Shown here one piece after another: positions 43,505 to 53,503 of a stretch of 64,000 nucleotides of DNA. The notes below the pieces were generated by a model. The model searched no databases, was not told the DNA's origin, and was given only the letters and a program-made list of their open reading frames with translations. Where the stretch lies: contig JBEKDN010000001.1 of the NCBI GenBank assembly GCA_050014335.1, positions 1,980 through 65,979 of the forward strand. Reading direction: 5' to 3'. A program made the position numbers and the translations under genes. Positions within the stretch are counted from its first letter, which is position 1, and each line of letters starts with the position of its first letter. This DNA comes from Terracidiphilus sp. (lineage in GTDB: Bacteria > Acidobacteriota > Terriglobia > Terriglobales > Acidobacteriaceae).

Positions 43505-44746
43505 CTATTTCGCCGTGCTACCGTGTGGAATCGCCGCCACCGCCACTGGCTGGGCGCTGGCCCCATAGGGAGAGTGTTGTGTGTTGATGAGTGTGCCTGC
43601 CGTGGGGCTCAACTCAAAGTCGGAAACATCGTTGCCAAGAAAATTGACAGTAAAAAGAAAGTGGCTCGTCGATGGATCGATCCCCATCGCCACCGGCTGA
43701 AGCCCCGCGTCGTAGGTAACAGGAGTCGGCGAGCCTCCCAGGAAACTCAGGTCGCCACTCATTGATATCGAGTAGGCCTCGACGTTACCGTCCTGCGCAT
43801 TCGCGACGTAAGCAAATGGGTAGCTGGGATCGGCAACGATCGCCGAAGGCTGATTGCCGGCCAGGTAAGGACTGTGAGGTAACGGGTTCAGTGCGCCCGA
43901 CCCCAACACCAAATAGCCAATTACATTTCCGTTGGTAAAGTCCGTCACGTAAAGATAAGTTGCGCTTGTTGAATCAGTGTAGCTGGCGATGGCCGAAGGA
44001 TAGATTCCCGCTGCCTCAATCCCGAGCAACGTAAGCGCTCCGCCAGTGCCGACCGAAAACTCGAAAACGTATCCGACCGTGGGCGTCACTGAAGAATCGT
44101 ATGCGGTTACATAGACGTTGGAGCCAGAATGCAAAACATTGATCGCCGTAGGCGCAATCACGTCGCCGGCTTTGCCGGGCACGCTCAACGGCCAATAGTT
44201 CGCGCCATTGGCCGGGTTAGTAACCGGCGTCGGTCCCGGTTCGCCGGGCGTTGCGCTTTTGGCGCCCGCAATCGGAAACACTGCCACTGAGCCCGCGCAC
44301 GGCTGCGCAGTCGAGCAACTCGGCAGCGGTTCGTAGGTATCCACAATAAACAGATTCGATCCGTTTACCGCAACCGCCATTGGGTAAGTTCCAGGCGTAT
44401 TCACCGTACTCAGCGGATAGAGCTTGCCATCGCTGCCAATTCCGAATTGAACGATCGAATTATCGTCATGGTTGACCACATAGAGATTCGAGTAGTCGCT
44501 GGAAACAGCTTCGGCCACCGGGTTGCGTCCGCCCGAAGGAAACGGCGACGTGGGAATCTGGCGCATCGCTCCAGAGATCGCATTGATCTCAAAGACGTCG
44601 ATCTCACCGTAGCTATAGGGCCCGGCGGCCTTGGAACTGGCCACATAGACAAAGTCCGTGGTGGCTGTGCCGCAGGCAGTCAGAACTCCGGCCGCCAACA
44701 GACTCACAGCACAGACCAGCAGCAGCCTCGATTTGTTGAACTTCAT
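43505..44746 (-). CDS. beta-propeller lipoprotein, paralog 2
   Basis: Start set at MKFNKS (44746) by analogy with the identical 13-nt start region of the other two paralogs. Lipobox LTAC. Confidence 0.75.
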   Translation of the reverse strand: MKFNKSRLLLVCAVSLLAAGVLTACGTATTDFVYVASSKAAGPYSYGEIDVFEINAISGAMRQIPTSPFPSGGRNPVAEAVSSDYSNLYVVNHDDNSIVQFGIGSDGKLYPLSTVNTPGTYPMAVAVNGSNLFIVDTYEPLPSCSTAQPCAGSVAVFPIAGAKSATPGEPGPTPVTNPANGANYWPLSVPGKAGDVIAPTAINVLHSGSNVYVTAYDSSVTPTVGYVFEFSVGTGGALTLLGIEAAGIYPSAIASYTDSTSATYLYVTDFTNGNVIGYLVLGSGALNPLPHSPYLAGNQPSAIVADPSYPFAYVANAQDGNVEAYSISMSGDLSFLGGSPTPVTYDAGLQPVAMGIDPSTSHFLFTVNFLGNDVSDFELSPTAGTLINTQHSPYGASAQPVAVAAIPHGSTAK

Positions 44747-44920
44747 GCGCATCTTTCGTCAGCTGGCCAGAATCTCAGACCGGCGGGATATCAGGTTTTG
44801 AATCGAATCCCAGAGCATAGGGAGGGAGCAATCATGCCCGGCATTCGTTTACGTTCTTGACATTCGTCTCCTGGGGCGGCGTTGATCGTCGCCCCAAGGC
44901 GTATCTGCTCAAAGCAAACT

Positions 44921-46327
44921 CTAGTTGCTGATACGGCCATCCACTAGGCACCAGGTAGGCGGGCCGTTCAGCGCGTAATCCGAGGGCACCTTCGACGACT
45001 GGTTAAGCGGAGTTAGTACGCCGGAAATTTGGTCCAGTACCTGCCCCGTTACAGTTTGAGCGTCAGAGTTGGCCGTATAGAAAAACTGATCCGAAGGATC
45101 TTCAACCATGCAGACCGGACCAGCGCCAGCGCCGAAGCTGAGTTGCGGCGATATTTCCGTGGGCAGAAACGGAGTATTCATGATCCAGCCGGCAACCCCA
45201 CTCAACGGTAGTGTGGAATCGGCCTTCGGAACACCCTGGTTAGCCACGTAGAATCGTGTGCCCTTGCTCTCGACTACCAGAAAAACTGGATTGCTCTGGT
45301 TGGTGTCATCCTGAATGGGCCCGCTGGGGGTTGGCGAAAGCGACCCACCGGATGCGACGCTGTTTGGAATAATCTGGCTTTGCGAGATGGTGCTGGTACC
45401 GTTTACTGTCGCCGTGAGCGGATCATTGCTCAGCACCCAAAGGTAGTTGCCTGCGCTCACCAGAGCCGTGGCCTGGTAGATGGGATTTGAGCTAATCGGA
45501 ACCGATAGGCCGCTCGTAGTAATGGTTAATTGCCCGGTGCTGGAATTGTAGCCGTAGGGAAAAACCGTATCGCCCGTCGTCGGCGTCCCGTACAACGTCA
45601 TGACATTCGAACCTGTAAATGCAAAATCGAGCGCGTTGGCCGGAACTGGAAAATACGTCAAATTCTGTGTGCCACTGGCAGTCGTCGTCACTTGAACTTG
45701 CTTGTTCTCAATCAAGCTCAAACGGCCAGTATCCGAGTTGATCGAAAAGACCGTAATGTCGCCACAGGTCAGGGCGCCGTTCAGGGCTTGCGCACAACCA
45801 TTCGCATTGACCGATTCAGTCGGGTTATAGTTGTCTGGAGAATCGTGGTCCAGCACGAAAAGGTAATTTCCTGAACTATCCCCAAGCATGCGGAAGGGAT
45901 TCGTTCCCTGCGAATAAAAAGTCTGCTGCGGCGTAAGAACTCCATTTGCGCCCACTTCAAACTCGGTAATATTTGAATTCTTGCAGGGAAACGCAAAGGT
46001 GCAGATCGAAGAGCCAGCTGGATTGTCGCTGATGCCCTGATTGAGCACATAAACAAAACGCGATTGGCCCAATAGCAAGGCGCGCACCGGGTTCGCGCCG
46101 CCCGAAGACACCGGTGGATTCAACCCGTTAATAGGCGTTAGCTTGCCCGTATTGTGGTCGATCCTGAATCCGGCAATGTATCCGTTGCCGTTCGATCCCG
46201 ACGTCACTGTCCCCGTCACATACAAAAAGCCAACCGTAAAACTCTGAGCGCAAGACGTAATGCTGAGGATAACGCCAACCGAGAGGGCGCTCATCAGGAG
46301 TGCCTTGCCATATTTCTTGAACTTCAT
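44921..46327 (-). CDS. beta-propeller lipoprotein, paralog 3 (longer, 468 aa)
   Basis: MKFKKYGKALLMSALSVGVILSITSC lipobox and similar blade repeats. Confidence 0.7.
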   Translation of the reverse strand: MKFKKYGKALLMSALSVGVILSITSCAQSFTVGFLYVTGTVTSGSNGNGYIAGFRIDHNTGKLTPINGLNPPVSSGGANPVRALLLGQSRFVYVLNQGISDNPAGSSICTFAFPCKNSNITEFEVGANGVLTPQQTFYSQGTNPFRMLGDSSGNYLFVLDHDSPDNYNPTESVNANGCAQALNGALTCGDITVFSINSDTGRLSLIENKQVQVTTTASGTQNLTYFPVPANALDFAFTGSNVMTLYGTPTTGDTVFPYGYNSSTGQLTITTSGLSVPISSNPIYQATALVSAGNYLWVLSNDPLTATVNGTSTISQSQIIPNSVASGGSLSPTPSGPIQDDTNQSNPVFLVVESKGTRFYVANQGVPKADSTLPLSGVAGWIMNTPFLPTEISPQLSFGAGAGPVCMVEDPSDQFFYTANSDAQTVTGQVLDQISGVLTPLNQSSKVPSDYALNGPPTWCLVDGRISN

Positions 46328-46623
46328 GCGATTCCTTCATCCTGGTTGGGCGTATGCCGCCAGGTTTGCTAGTTCCACAGCAGAGCTGGGTTGGGACCGG
46401 TCCCTGTTGCATTGTAAAAGCCGAGGGCTGGTTGTGCCTAGTATTCGCTGAAGTAGCGGCAATTTAGGCTTTTTTGCCCGGCTCTTCCTCGAGCGTCGCG
46501 GAATCCGCCGCCCATCCCGCCTTCCATCGCAATTGCAAGCACGGATGCGGCTTGGACGCGCGGCGAGCGAGAAAGGTCAACACTGCCTTCTGAAAGGATA
46601 GCGGTCGAGGCTAGAACACTGCA

Positions 46624-46657
46624 CCGGAGCCGTGGCTTATTCCCGCCACAACTCCGG
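46624..46657 (-). terminator. interrupted hairpin just downstream of the M13 peptidase stop
   Basis: CCGGAG..GTGGC-loop-GCCAC..CTCCGG on the minus strand. No U-tract. Confidence 0.35.
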
Positions 46658-46669
46658 CTAGTGACCAAT

Positions 46670-48748
46670 CTACCAGACCCTGCAGGATTTCGCCGGATAC
46701 ATCGGCTGTCCCTGGGTGCAGCCAAACGCCTTGCCGAACTGATCGAAGTTCTGCACCGTGCCGTTGACTCGCCAGCGGCCCGGTGAGTGCGGATCGGTAA
46801 GCGCCGATTGGCGAGCCGATTGTTCGGTCACGTTTTCGCACCAAACCTGCGCAAAGCCCAAGAAATAGCGCTGCGCCTCGGTGTAGCCGTCTATTTTTTC
46901 ATCGATGCTCTTGCCCTGTGCCGCCAGCGTGTCCAACAGCGCCATGTAGGCGATGCGCAGACCGCCATTATCGGCCGTATTTTCACCCAGCGTAAGTTTG
47001 CCGTTCAGCTTCTGTACCGGTGCATCGCCTTTGGCGGGCGCTGCCACAAAGCCGCTATATTCATCGGCCACGCAATTCTCGCGCTCTGTAAAAGCTTTGC
47101 GGTCTTCCGGCGTCTGCCACTCGCGCAGATTGCCTTTGCCGTCGAATTGCGAGCCCTCGTCGTCGAAGCCATGGGTCATTTCATGGCCAATCACCACCCC
47201 GATGCCGCCAAAGTTCACTGCCGGGTCAACCGTGAAATCGAAAAACGGCGGCTGCAGAATGCCAGCCGGAAAGTTGATGTCGTTGAATGAGGGGTTGTAG
47301 TAGGCGTTGACCGTCGGTGGCGTCATACCCCATTCCTTCTCGTCCACAGGCTTGCCCAGATGGTTCAAATTCCAGAGATCCTCGAAGAGTGTGCTGCGCT
47401 CGATATTACCGATCAAATCGCCCCGCTCCACCTTTAAGGCGGAATAGTCGCGCCACTTCTCCGGGTAGCCGATCTTGTTGCGGATCATAGCCAGCTTCGC
47501 CTCGGCCTCTTTTTTGGTGGCGTCGCTCATCCACGGCAGGGTCTTGATGTCGTCGCCCAGGGATTTTTCCAGAGCCGCCACCAGTTGATCCATGCTGGCC
47601 TTGGCGGCGGGCGGAAAGTGCAGCTTCACCCAATCCTGTCCAACCGCCTCGCCCAGCGCGTGGTCGGTCATCCGAACACATTGCTTCCAGCGCGGCGTCG
47701 GTTCCTTCTGTCCGCGAAGAGTCTTCCCGAAAAAGCCGAAGTCCTCATCAAAGAATGCCTTGGGCAGGTTGCTGGCCAGGCCGTGCAGCGTATGCCAGCG
47801 GAAGTACGACTTCCAGGCATCGATCGGCTCTTTCGCGATCAGATCGTTCAGACCCTTGAAAAAATCCGGCGTCTGCACATTCAGCGTCTCAAAGGGCCGA
47901 ATCTTCACGTCCTTGAAATAGATCGGATAATCGAAATCCGGCGTAAGCTTCTCAAGATCGGCCACGGCAAGAATGTGATATATCTTCTCTGGGTCACGCA
48001 AATCGACGCGGCTCATGGATACCTTGGCCAGAGCTGTTTCAATCTCCATCACTGCCCCGGCTTCTTTGGCGGCCTGCTCTGGAGTGTCTCCGGCCAGAGT
48101 AAACATCTTCGTCACATGCTCGATGTATTGTTTGCGAATCTGCTGAAAATGCGGGCTGTCCACCAGATAATAATCCCGATCTGGCAGAGAAAGTCCCCCT
48201 TGGCCGATTTCGGCTATCTGTTTGGACGAGTCCTTTTCGTCCTGATCGACGCCAAAGTCGAACAGGGACATTGGACTCCCTTCCGCCTCCAGTTCACCAG
48301 TCAGCGCGGCCAGCTGATGCGCGTCTTTCAAGCCGTCAATCCGCTTGAACGCCGGCTCCAACGGCTTCAAACCTTTCTCTTCCACCAGACCGGTGTCCAT
48401 GCAGGCGCCAAAGAAGTCCCCGTATTGCTTCTGCATCGGAGTCTGCGGATTCTTCGAGGCCGCGTCCAACTCCTCCCAGAGCAGATAGCGGTTACGCTCC
48501 TGAATTTGCGAGAACGAACGCGCCCACTCCACCTGATCGGCCGGAATCGAATTGTTCTTCAACCAGGTACCGCAAGCGAACTGATAGAAATCCGTGCACG
48601 GATCGGCGCTCTTGTCGATTGCCGCCGGATCGAAGCTCTTGGTCACCGGCGGAGCCGTAGGCTTTGCTGTATCGGGCGGCGCGGGAGTTTGCGCAGTGGC
48701 GGACGCTGAGGCCAGTAATAACAGAGAAATAAAACGAAAACGGTACAT
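46670..48748 (-). CDS. M13-family (neprilysin/PepO-like) zinc metallopeptidase, secreted
   Basis: Signal peptide, NAYYNP, the HEMTHGFDD zinc motif and a downstream ENTADNGG (ExxxD). Confidence 0.9.
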   Translation of the reverse strand: MYRFRFISLLLLASASATAQTPAPPDTAKPTAPPVTKSFDPAAIDKSADPCTDFYQFACGTWLKNNSIPADQVEWARSFSQIQERNRYLLWEELDAASKNPQTPMQKQYGDFFGACMDTGLVEEKGLKPLEPAFKRIDGLKDAHQLAALTGELEAEGSPMSLFDFGVDQDEKDSSKQIAEIGQGGLSLPDRDYYLVDSPHFQQIRKQYIEHVTKMFTLAGDTPEQAAKEAGAVMEIETALAKVSMSRVDLRDPEKIYHILAVADLEKLTPDFDYPIYFKDVKIRPFETLNVQTPDFFKGLNDLIAKEPIDAWKSYFRWHTLHGLASNLPKAFFDEDFGFFGKTLRGQKEPTPRWKQCVRMTDHALGEAVGQDWVKLHFPPAAKASMDQLVAALEKSLGDDIKTLPWMSDATKKEAEAKLAMIRNKIGYPEKWRDYSALKVERGDLIGNIERSTLFEDLWNLNHLGKPVDEKEWGMTPPTVNAYYNPSFNDINFPAGILQPPFFDFTVDPAVNFGGIGVVIGHEMTHGFDDEGSQFDGKGNLREWQTPEDRKAFTERENCVADEYSGFVAAPAKGDAPVQKLNGKLTLGENTADNGGLRIAYMALLDTLAAQGKSIDEKIDGYTEAQRYFLGFAQVWCENVTEQSARQSALTDPHSPGRWRVNGTVQNFDQFGKAFGCTQGQPMYPAKSCRVW

Positions 48749-48936
48749 CGAACCTCCTCGGGAAACAAGGTTGGGTTAACCAGGTCAACCGGCAATCCCC
48801 ATCCGCATAACACTCAAATGCGGATTCAAGGCCAGGACCAAAATCGAGCAGCCAATTCCCAGCAGGCTGCGGCGCTTCTAGGAAGGCTATCACGCCGGAT
48901 GGGCCGAATGCGCTCCCAATCCGGCTGCGCACCTAC

Positions 48937-48980
48937 TTCAAAAACAGAAGAGGCTCGGGGCAATCTCTCCCGCGCCTCTT
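48937..48980 (-). terminator. rho-independent terminator of the ECF operon
   Basis: The minus strand has GAAGAGGC-19-nt loop-GCCTCTTC followed by TGTTTTTG, 27 nt after the stop at 49007. Confidence 0.65.
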
Positions 48981-49006
48981 CCGTGGTCGCAAATTCCCTC
49001 CACCCG

Positions 49007-50647
49007 TTACTGCGCTACCGGTGCCGCTGGAAGTTCCTTGGGTGTTTTCAAGTGGCGCGCATTCGCAGCCGGGGGCGCGCTGGGAGATTTGGGAGCAGCT
49101 GGTGCGTTGCCTGCCGGCCCATAATCCGCGCCTTTCTTGATCCGCACGTCGCCGTTGTCCGCGGTCAAATCGATCTTGGCCGTCCCTCCTCCGATCTGGA
49201 AGTTTGCCAGCTTGTTTTCAGAATCGATTGATGGCATGGGAAAATCCGAAACGATATCGCCGTTGTGCGTCCGCACCGTCACCTTTGCGGAGGCGTTCGG
49301 CGGCAGCGTAACGTTCACGTCGCCTTTGCTGTTCTTCGCGCTCACTCCAAATAGCCCCGCCGGCTCAACCGAGATGCTTCCGTCGCGATCCTCAACGTAG
49401 CTGTCGCCGCCAATCTGGCTAAGGTCTACGTCCTTGGAATGAGTCACAACGCGCACCGGTCCCTTGGCTTCGTTGACTCTCAAGTCGTCGGAGTTCAGAG
49501 TAAGATCGCCCGGCAGCTCGCCCAGTTGCATATCGGTCACTGAGGTATGCAGGTGAATACTTCCGCCAATGTCCTCCATGTGCACGTCGCCCAGAATTTC
49601 TCCATTCTGCGCCACCTTCCCTTTGATCCCGGAAAGGGTCAGGTCGTTCAAGTCGCCTTCGGCCGTTACGTCGCCTTGCAGATCGTGAACGGAAAAGTCG
49701 TGCTTGCCACCTGAGAAGTGCGCCTCCGCCACGCCGCTCATTGAGCTCAGATGGACGTCCCCTTGCGCGGTGACCGTGATGCCCGAACCTAGCCCATCGG
49801 CCGTCACGTCGCCTTTTCCAGTGTTGACGCTGACTCTGTCGGACTTCGGAACGATAATGGCCAGATTGACCCGCCCGTTTGAATTCGAGTCGAGCTTCAA
49901 CTCCACCTGGTTGCGGTCGGAACTGAAGTGAACCTTTTCCGAGTCGTAGATCTTTTGCGCCTCGCTCTCAGAGCTGGTGTAGGCCACATCGTGAGCCTGC
50001 ACTTCGATCGTTGAAACGTCGCCCGCTGTAATACTCACATCGCCGCGAGGGTTCTCGATCTGGATATTCGCGTTGCTGGGAATCTGCGTCTTCAGCACCG
50101 GCGGGTCGAAGTCGTGTTCCGGCAGGCCTAAAGTATTGAAGAAGTCGCCGCCATGGTTGCCCCAGTCGCCATGCCACAGTCCCCACTCCCGGAAGTTGTT
50201 TGACCCGGCCGCACAGAAGCCCAGGATCGCCAGCAGGATAATAATTCCCACAAAGCTTCCGCCACGGCGTACCGGTGTCTCGCGGCGCAGGTCCAGCATC
50301 CACTCGCCCAGCAGAGCCAGGCCGGCGGCTATCAGAAGCAACGGCCACCAGTGCCCATACCAGCCCCAGAACTGATCCGCGGCAATGTGGCCGGTAAGCA
50401 GCAGCAGGGCAATGATGCCGACCGTAATAAGAATGATCGGGCCCACAACGGAAGGCACGCGAGGGCCGTAGACGCCTATGTAGTTGGCCTTCATGGCGCG
50501 TTGTTGAGTTCTCCACGCGTCGCGCTGAGCGCGCCATGCGGCCTTCTGCTGTTCCTTGTAAACCCGCCACTGATTTTTGGAGTCGTAGGGCGGAAACGGT
50601 GGCGGCGCGCCGCCAGCCGGAGGCATATTCGGAGGTGTCGTGCTCAT
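49007..50647 (-). CDS. membrane protein with LiaF-like N-terminal TM region and DUF4097-type beta-helical (putative adhesin) repeats
   Basis: ATG 50647 has GGGAGG 7 nt upstream. Pro-rich N-terminus, 4 TM helices, then many GDV-containing repeats (NPRGDVSITAGDVS..., GKGDVTADG..., QGDVHLSS...). The upstream 119 codons in the ORF track overlap the preceding gene. Confidence 0.7.
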   Translation of the reverse strand: MSTTPPNMPPAGGAPPPFPPYDSKNQWRVYKEQQKAAWRAQRDAWRTQQRAMKANYIGVYGPRVPSVVGPIILITVGIIALLLLTGHIAADQFWGWYGHWWPLLLIAAGLALLGEWMLDLRRETPVRRGGSFVGIIILLAILGFCAAGSNNFREWGLWHGDWGNHGGDFFNTLGLPEHDFDPPVLKTQIPSNANIQIENPRGDVSITAGDVSTIEVQAHDVAYTSSESEAQKIYDSEKVHFSSDRNQVELKLDSNSNGRVNLAIIVPKSDRVSVNTGKGDVTADGLGSGITVTAQGDVHLSSMSGVAEAHFSGGKHDFSVHDLQGDVTAEGDLNDLTLSGIKGKVAQNGEILGDVHMEDIGGSIHLHTSVTDMQLGELPGDLTLNSDDLRVNEAKGPVRVVTHSKDVDLSQIGGDSYVEDRDGSISVEPAGLFGVSAKNSKGDVNVTLPPNASAKVTVRTHNGDIVSDFPMPSIDSENKLANFQIGGGTAKIDLTADNGDVRIKKGADYGPAGNAPAAPKSPSAPPAANARHLKTPKELPAAPVAQ

Positions 50648-50979
50648 TCGATTCCTCCCTTCCCTGAATCCGGTGGTTGCGGTGGAACGTAGGCGACGGG
50701 CTGCCCCGGATATGCTGGAATGCTCGTCGTAGAAGTGGTTACTGGCCCAGCCCCAGGCCCCCCGGAGTAAGTTGTGCCTGGATAAGTCGCCACTGGCGTA
50801 CAGCCTTCCGAGGCCAGCGCGGCCCGCTCCGCCAACTGCAGCACACCCGCCAGAATCAGAAAGAATGGCCAGCTCTTGCCCCAGCCAATCACTCCGGTCT
50901 GGTTCAGCAGTGCAAGCGCGCCAACCAGCAAAAGAAATGCGGGACCACGTAATCGGCGAATCATAATGTAACGGCTCAT
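50644..50979 (-). CDS. small two-TM membrane protein (LiaI/LiaF-like TM region) with a P/G/T-rich tail
   Basis: 111 aa. ATGA overlaps at both ends. RGPAFLLLVGALALLNQTG...WPFFLILAGVLQL. Confidence 0.55.
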   Translation of the reverse strand: MSRYIMIRRLRGPAFLLLVGALALLNQTGVIGWGKSWPFFLILAGVLQLAERAALASEGCTPVATYPGTTYSGGPGAGPVTTSTTSIPAYPGQPVAYVPPQPPDSGKGGIE

Positions 50980-51842
50980 TTGGAACCTCCTTGCGATTCT
51001 TCAATGCGGCGAATAATCAGCCAAACACCCAGCGCAATCAGAATCATCGGCCAGGCAAATTCCATAAATCGGCCATGGAAGATATCCAACTGCCCTAATA
51101 GAAACATCGTTCCCAGCCCAATCAGCACCACCGCTCCAACCGGCACATTGCTCCGCCATGGCAGCGGTGGAAGCGGCGGAAGTGGAGGCAAGGGAGGAGG
51201 AGCGGCCGGGATCGCGGACCCAGCGGCCGAAGCACCCGAAGGCATTTGGTAACGATCCTGTCCAGCATACGGTTCATGGTAGCTGCTCGCCTGCCCCGCC
51301 GGAACCTGACCGGTCGCATCGGCGGCCGCCGGATTCAGCGGACCCGGGTTCGGCTGTCCAGGATGATACGGCGGAATCCGTTTTCCCATATTCAGCCAGT
51401 TACCCACCTCGTTCAATCCAAAGGGATCGGGCGGCGCCTCCCCGTCCCGCAGTGCCTTTGCGGTGTGAAAGGCCTCAAACGACTGATAGAGAACCCAAGC
51501 CGCAATAAACAGTCCGAAGATCGGGTAATGATCGGTGATGCCGATCAACACCGCGAAGACGATCACATGCATGAAACCCTTCACGAACTGGCCGTTGTAC
51601 ATTGCGCCAACACCGGGAATCACTCCCAATATTGCGGCGGCCACCGGGTTTGGTCCGCTTGAGCGCGGAGCCGCAAACGGCTGCTGGTAGTTCTGCCATG
51701 CGGTAAAGCAGCCTTCGCAGAGCATCGTTCCCTTTGCCGCGCCGCGCAGCACCGCCGTGGCTGTACATTCGGCGCAAAGTCCCCTGCCGCAATTCTGGCA
51801 ATAAGCCGTCGCATTTACTCCACTGTGCTTTACGCAGTCCAT
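50976..51842 (-). CDS. B-box-type zinc-finger membrane protein with a (PPL)n linker
   Basis: N-terminal C-x2-H-x7-C-x2-C-x4-C-x2-C...C-x2-C (MDCVKHSGVNATAYCQNCGRGLCAEC...CEGC), TM helices, PPPLPPLPPLPPLP, and a C-terminal LiaF-like TM pair. Confidence 0.6.
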   Translation of the reverse strand: MDCVKHSGVNATAYCQNCGRGLCAECTATAVLRGAAKGTMLCEGCFTAWQNYQQPFAAPRSSGPNPVAAAILGVIPGVGAMYNGQFVKGFMHVIVFAVLIGITDHYPIFGLFIAAWVLYQSFEAFHTAKALRDGEAPPDPFGLNEVGNWLNMGKRIPPYHPGQPNPGPLNPAAADATGQVPAGQASSYHEPYAGQDRYQMPSGASAAGSAIPAAPPPLPPLPPLPPLPWRSNVPVGAVVLIGLGTMFLLGQLDIFHGRFMEFAWPMILIALGVWLIIRRIEESQGGSK

Positions 51843-52690
51843 TTTGTGCTCCTTTCCCGTATTTCTATTTGGGAGCCGCCGGAATGCGCGGGCCGTAGCT
51901 GAAATCTCAGGTAAGTTTCCAAAGAATCTGAATCGTCAAAGTTTGGTTCCAGAGCCGGTACAACCACCGGGTTGCCTGATTGCTGAGGAGGCTCCACCCG
52001 CGAGCCGCCGTCCTTCATCCCCGGCGCCTGTCCCGGAGCATGTTTTGACTCGCCGGGCGCCGAATCTTGCCGCTTCTGGCGATTGTCTTCGCCTTCGCCC
52101 TCGCTGTTACGCCGCAGTTCGCGCATCCGCGTCTGCACCTCGTAAACCAGCCGCAGGTGATCGTAGTAGCGGATGATCGGCGTAGAAGCCATCGTCAGCC
52201 GGCGTTCCATAAACGAGCGCACCGCACTGGGCCGCAAGTTCGAGAAACGCAAGTCGCTTAGCCGCACGCCAGTCATATTCAGCGTCATCGCGATCGAGAA
52301 AAATGCCATCGCCGCCGTCATCATCAAGCGAGGCTCGGCAAAACGCCGCACCCCGCCCATCAAGCCCGGACGCTGCCAGGCCGGAATCATCGGTATAACA
52401 TTGCCGACGCTCGTCGCCAGCGTATAGCCCGCCGTCTGTCCTGGGCCGGTATGGGCCAGAATCTTATCCAGCAGCCCGGCCGGAATCTCCGGCTCGGGCG
52501 ACAGGAATTCCAGCCACTCGCGGCCCCTGCGCGCCTCCTCAAAGAGCGCCGCGCAGGCCGGACATGCGGACTTGTGCGCGGTAAATACCGCCTCGTCCTC
52601 GGGCCTCAACAGCCCGTCCAACGCCTCCGCCAAAAGTGTCTCCCACTGCCCACAGGCAGGAGAGCCCGGAATGAAACTGCGCTCTGCCAT
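51830..52690 (-). CDS. zinc-binding (ZAS-type) anti-sigma factor, membrane-spanning
   Basis: HKSACPAC (H-x3-C-x2-C) about 40 aa from the N-terminus. TM helix MMTAAMAFFSIAMTL. Starts 2 nt after the sigma-factor stop. Confidence 0.7.
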   Translation of the reverse strand: MAERSFIPGSPACGQWETLLAEALDGLLRPEDEAVFTAHKSACPACAALFEEARRGREWLEFLSPEPEIPAGLLDKILAHTGPGQTAGYTLATSVGNVIPMIPAWQRPGLMGGVRRFAEPRLMMTAAMAFFSIAMTLNMTGVRLSDLRFSNLRPSAVRSFMERRLTMASTPIIRYYDHLRLVYEVQTRMRELRRNSEGEGEDNRQKRQDSAPGESKHAPGQAPGMKDGGSRVEPPQQSGNPVVVPALEPNFDDSDSLETYLRFQLRPAHSGGSQIEIRERSTKWTA

Positions 52691-52692
52691 GG

Positions 52693-53325
52693 TTACATCA
52701 CCTCCCGTCTATTACGTTCCAGCAGCCTCGCAAGTTCCGCTCGGCCGCGGCTGATGCGGGATTTCACCGTTCCCTCGGGGATGCCCAGCACCTGGGCGAT
52801 CTCTTTATAGTCCAAATCCTGAAGATCCCGCAGAATGACCGCCTCGCGCAGTTCCACAGAGACCTTCGCAAGCGCATTCTGCACCATTTTTGCCAATTCT
52901 TTTTGCGCCGCCGATTCATGTGGCGACACATCGCGGGCCACCAGCCGGTCCACCGGCTTCAGGTTCTCTGAACTCTCCCACCCGTCGTCCAGCGAGCCCG
53001 TGGCGCGCTGATTGCGCGTCCGCCGGAAGTTGTCCACCAGCAGATTGCGGGTCATCGTTGTAATCCACACCTGCAAGCTGCCCCGTAAAATGTCAAAGCT
53101 GGCTAGATTCGAGTAGACCTTCAGAAATACATCCTGGGTCAAATCCTCGGCATCCGCCGGATTGCCGGTAAAGCGGTAACAAAGTCCGTAGACGCGCCGA
53201 TGGTGGGTGCGGACCAGTTCGGCCCATGCGCCAGAATCTCCGTCCATACAGCGCCGGACGATCTGAGACCAGTCGGTCTCCAACGAACTCACCTCGATCT
53301 TCGCTTGGCGAGTTTCTGGAACCAC
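52693..53325 (-). CDS. ECF-type RNA polymerase sigma factor
   Basis: Region 2 (AWAELVRTHHRRVYGLCYRFTGNPADAEDLTQDVFLKVY) and region 4 (DYKEIAQVLGIPEGTVKSRISRGR). The preferred start, GTG 53325, has GGGAGG with a 7-nt spacer. ATG 53421 is an alternative. Confidence 0.85.
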   Translation of the reverse strand: MVPETRQAKIEVSSLETDWSQIVRRCMDGDSGAWAELVRTHHRRVYGLCYRFTGNPADAEDLTQDVFLKVYSNLASFDILRGSLQVWITTMTRNLLVDNFRRTRNQRATGSLDDGWESSENLKPVDRLVARDVSPHESAAQKELAKMVQNALAKVSVELREAVILRDLQDLDYKEIAQVLGIPEGTVKSRISRGRAELARLLERNRREVM

Positions 53326-53503
53326 CGTTCTGCCTCCCTGGTAGTCGCCGGTTGCGGCGGCCGGAATCCGTTGAGAGCCGATCTCCGGCGTCAACTTCGG
53401 CGCTTTACCTGGCGCTACCATAGTAAGCCGCGATGGCCGCCCCGGCGACGCCAGCCCCACCATGCTCCAGCTTAATGTACCCGCGCATTCCATATTGCGC
53501 TAG

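Noticed and set aside
47585-48709. 374-aa plus-strand ORF
   Set aside because: It is antisense to the well-supported M13 peptidase gene. It is Arg/Leu-rich with no motifs.
51140-51200. The (PPL)4-encoding repeat in the B-box protein gene, considered as a hypervariable or slippage tract
   Set aside because: The nucleotide units are not identical (GGTGGAAGC/GGCGGAAGT/GGAGGCAAG), so slippage is unlikely. It is treated as an ordinary proline-rich linker.
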